NCBI GenBank assembly: GCA_038087875.1
Contig: JAXLNO010002870.1
Coordinates: forward strand, 1-64,000
From: Malacoraja senta
Taxonomy: Eukaryota
Length of the DNA stretch: 64,000 nucleotides
Reading direction: 5' to 3'
In this document: piece after piece, positions 60,228-64,000 of the stretch
Layout of the letters: each line of letters begins with the position of its first letter
How positions within the stretch are numbered: the stretch's first letter is position 1
Translations under genes and position numbers: made by a program
The notes under the pieces: generated by a model
Told to the model about the DNA's origin: nothing
Database searches by the model: none
Seen by the model: the letters and a program-made list of their open reading frames with translations, nothing else

Positions 60228-61700
60228 AATATAATAATAATAATAATAATATAACTTTAATTGTCATTCAAATATACACATAGACACAGTGCACATTGAA
60301 CGAAATTTCGTTGCATTGACTCTTCCAAGTAGCAGCAGAATATACCATTTATATCAGGCGATCAGTAAAAATGCTTAGTGTGTCCATAAAAAGTGCTTCA
60401 TGTGCATAGTTAAAAAAGGAAAGTTTTTAAAAAGTGGCAATGTATAAGACAGTTGTTTGCATCGGTTTGATTGTGAGTTCAATAATCTTATGGCCTGGGG
60501 GATGAAACTGTTGCAGAACCTGGTTGACCGGCCCTTCATGCTGCAGTACCTCCTCCCAGAGTTCAGCAGTGTAAACAGTCCATATTGTGGGTGCGTGGGG
60601 GCTCTGGTAATGCCCTTAGCTCTTGACAGACAGCGTTTGTAACCAATGTCCATGATGGAGGGAAGAGAAGTCCCAATGATTTTTTCCGCTGTCCTCACCA
60701 CTCTCTGAAGGCACTTCCAGTCCGCAGCTGTACAGCCGCCGCACCACACAGAGATGCAGCTGGTCATGACTGATTCAATGGTGCTTCTGTAGAATGTGGT
60801 GAGGATGGGAGGGTGGAGGTGTGATCTTCTCATCCTGCGGAGGAAGTACAAACGCTGCTGTGCCCGTTTTACCAGAGATGTGATGTTAGTAGCCCAAGTT
60901 AAGGTATCCGTTATATGCACACCCAGGAACTTGATGCTTTTCACCTGCTCCACTGCTAAGTTGTTAATGCACAGCGGAGTGTGACTGGGCTGATTTTTCT
61001 TTCTGAAATCGACGTCAATCTCCTTGGTTTTGTCCACATTTAGGAGAAGGTTGTTCCTGCTGCACCAGCTGCTCCACCTCCTCTCTGTATGCCTGGTTGT
61101 CGTTGTTGCGGATGAGGCCCACTACTGTTGTGTCAATAGCGTATTTGATGATATGGTTAGTAGTGGACTTGGCGACACAGTCATGTGTCATCAATGTGAA
61201 GAGCAGCGGACTCAGGACACAGCCTGAGGGGAGCCGGTGCTCAGTGTGATGACCGAGGAGGTGTTCTTCCCCACCCGCACAGACTGGGGTCTTTCAGAAA
61301 GGAAATCCAGGATCTAGTTGCATAGTGTGGTATTGAATCCTAGGGGTGCCAGTTTGCTCACCAGATGCTGGGGGATTATCGTATTGAATGCTGAGCTGAA
61401 GTCAACAAACGGCATCCGCACGTTGGTGTTCTTCACCTCCAGGTGTTGTAGGCTCAGGTGGACTGCAGAGGAGATAGCATCCTCTGTGGAGCGGTTCGGG
61501 CGATAAGCAAACCGGAATGGGTCAAAACTGGGGGGTAGTTTAGAGACCATGTGCTGCTTAATAAGCCTCTCGAAGCACTTCATTATTATTGGTGTGAGTG
61601 CTACGGGGCGGTAATCATTCAGGCAGGTTATTGTAGACTTTTTGGGAACTGGTATGATGGTGGCTGTCTTGAAACATGATGGAACAATGGCCTGGTTCAG
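60228..61700 (-). mobile_element. Rex1/Babar-type LINE, 5'-truncated RT
   Basis: MKCFERL...QFAYR-like segment, [23 protein letters not shown]...AQQRLYFLRRMR...FYRSTIESVMT; (taa)n tail at ~60228-60250. Confidence 0.9.
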
Positions 61701-62992
61701 GGAGGTGGCCCATAGTGCAATGGCCCTGTCTCACGGTGCGAGTTGACCCACGAGGTACCCCGAGTGAAAGACTCGTGGTTGTGTACGAGATTCCAAGTGT
61801 ATGATCAAGAATTTAACCGAGTTCCCACGGGTATGACTACGTTTGGCGTTAACTTGTCATTTTTGCGATGTTCCAAGTTCGTGTCCCGAGTTACCAAGTT
61901 CCTCTCCCGAGTTACTCTTGAGCCAAACGTGAATGAAGGTCTGTTTTAATAAGCAACAGTGTTACTGAAGAAGGGTTTCGACCCGAAACGTCGCATATCT
62001 CTTCTCTCCGTAGGTGCTGCCTCACCCGCTGAGTTTCTCCAGCATTTTTTGTTTGCCTTTGCATATTTACAAGCCTTGTTATCACCGTTTTTAAACAAAA
62101 CAATATTCATGCTGAACATTATGTTTATCGAAGTACGTTCACTGTACTTCCTTTACTGTAATAGACGTTGGAACCTCCTGAGTTTGTGATGGGCGCTATT
62201 TAAATACAGGGATGTCTCTTCATTGCTGGACGTTTTTCCCTGTAACATATTTAATAGAATTTAAACTTTATAATTAAACTATTCGCATCCGCATATAAAA
62301 TCTGAATTAAGCCGAATTACTCATTGAACTGGCAATCGTGACATGAAAGCCATAAAGACGGAAATGGCAGACACAGACGCAGAATATTTGTATCTGCATT
62401 GCATTTACGTGCAGTTCATTTGGACCACAGTCTATGGCCCTTCCGCTGCAGGATATTGAAATGGGGACACCCGTCAGACAAGGGTAGGGATATCACCCTA
62501 AGGGGCACATAGCGACAAGAGAGTTTTGTTTAAATATAGATGGAAACACTCCTAAGTATGACACTATTGAATGTATAGACACTGATAATGCATTGCACTG
62601 TTTTTGTTTTATGCACATTTCTTATTCTGAGTAAAGTTTATTTTAGAAAAATATCAAAGGCATTAACCACTGAGAATCTATGAAAAGATTTCACACGGTT
62701 TTTGTTTTATACATATTTTTATTCAGGAGTAACATTATTTTTGAAATTACACATGGCATTGGTGTATTGCATATCCTGTACATCTTTTTATGAATAAAGT
62801 TAAAAAATAAAAAAAAATCCACTGAAGGCACTGTTGTGTTTTTAAATTGATCTCAGTAACTGCAGGAGCATTTGTTAATGAAACAACATTCTCAAGTATC
62901 TTAATAATAAACCACGGTTTAAGTTTTCGCAAAAGCCTTTAGGAATGGCAATAACTATTTCATTTAAAGGATAACCTTTCAAATACTGACCG

Positions 62993-63452
62993 TTAATAAG
63001 GACGTAATAAATTTAAGCTGGAGTAAGCAATCCTTGGGTCTTCTCCGCCGTCCAGGTAGATCACGGCTGATCTAGTTTCTTCTTCATAGTGTGTGGAGCT
63101 CCGTCCGGCGCGGTCTGTTGGCTTGGAAGCCGCGGTCTTCGGTGGGAAGGTGGTCGTTCCTGGAACCCCAAACCGCTGGGGGTTCTCCCGACGCCGGAGG
63201 ACCATCACCCGGCGAGAACATCGGGCGCTGTGGCGGTGACTGTGGAGGCCTCAGTGGGCCTGACTCTGGGTGGACAAGAGGATGGGGACTGGACTTTGTG
63301 CCTTCCCCCACAGTGGTTCCCACTGTGGAGGGATGTTTTGGTGTTGAACTTATTTTTAATACTGTGTTGTATTTTATTAGTGTGCTGCAAGGACATCTGA
63401 ATTTCCCTGAATAAGGGGATTAATAAAGTCTAATTCAATTCAATTCAATTCA
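62993..63452 (+). mobile_element. Non-LTR-type repeat 3' end with a (ttcaa)n tail
   Basis: GC-rich body ending in taataaagtc followed by aattc repeats. The family was not determined. Confidence 0.45.
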
Positions 63453-64000
63453 ATATGATATCCTATGAATTGATAACGAGTTTTCCAGGCGAAGCAGAAC
63501 TTTTGCAATATCCGTTGCAGAAACAGGGGGTGCGCAGTTTAATATTACCTGCACCCTATAATCAGTGACTGGATTCTTGCTTTTCAATCAAAATAAGAAA
63601 GCACCACGTTAATTCACGAGAAAGTACATTGCAAAGCTCGATTCTACAAATATAGCAAACTCTCAAAATATTGTTCCTTTGTCTACAGTTTATAGTCTTT
63701 AACTATTTATTTTTTTAACTGTGGTCTAATGTATTAAACTATTGGTAAAAAAAACAACCAAAGGAAATATGCAGGATTATGTCACTTTTTAACATCTGCT
63801 GGCAGAAAATATATTTACTACTCTACATATATTTATCAAAAAAAGAAGTGTACTCTACTATATGTAGAGTAGTAAATATATTGTAAATATTTTATAAATG
63901 TCACTTGCTGTAGAATTTTGTTCAGAAATAATTAAAATAGCAAGTGAAATGTAGTTATATTGCCAGGGAACGGCTTAAAATTGCTTGCTAAATTTAGGTT

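Overview
This is vertebrate genomic DNA, most likely from a skate or ray; I infer that from its close resemblance to skate IgX/IgW as I remember it. About 80% (rough estimate) is retroelement sequence: CR1, Rex1/Babar, L1, Tx1, Ty3/Gypsy and Penelope-like fragments. Embedded in it is a decayed IgW-type heavy-chain cluster on the minus strand. It consists of a leader plus an already-joined V-J exon present in two copies (27907-28384 and 36382-36856, both frameshifted), a CH1 exon lacking its first core Cys (15646-15942), and an intact downstream C1-set exon (4524-4841). That last exon recurs in inverted orientation (55796-56113) as part of a ~5.9 kb inverted duplication whose arms flank the V-J-CH1 unit. 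Four structures stand out. (1) A young L1 (29867-35864) is flanked by a ~2.48 kb direct repeat with target-site-duplication geometry, which duplicated the joined V-J gene. (2) A near full-length Tx1 element has a U1 snRNA-derived 5' head with a compensatory base-pair change, and its poly(A) lies 33 bp upstream of the Ig leader ATG. (3) The germline V-J joint has no D sequence. (4) Two CR1 copies share the same Tc1/mariner-type excision footprints. A CpG-island promoter and probable first coding exon of an unidentified gene begin at ~59.6 kb. All calls are by eye; no database search was run.
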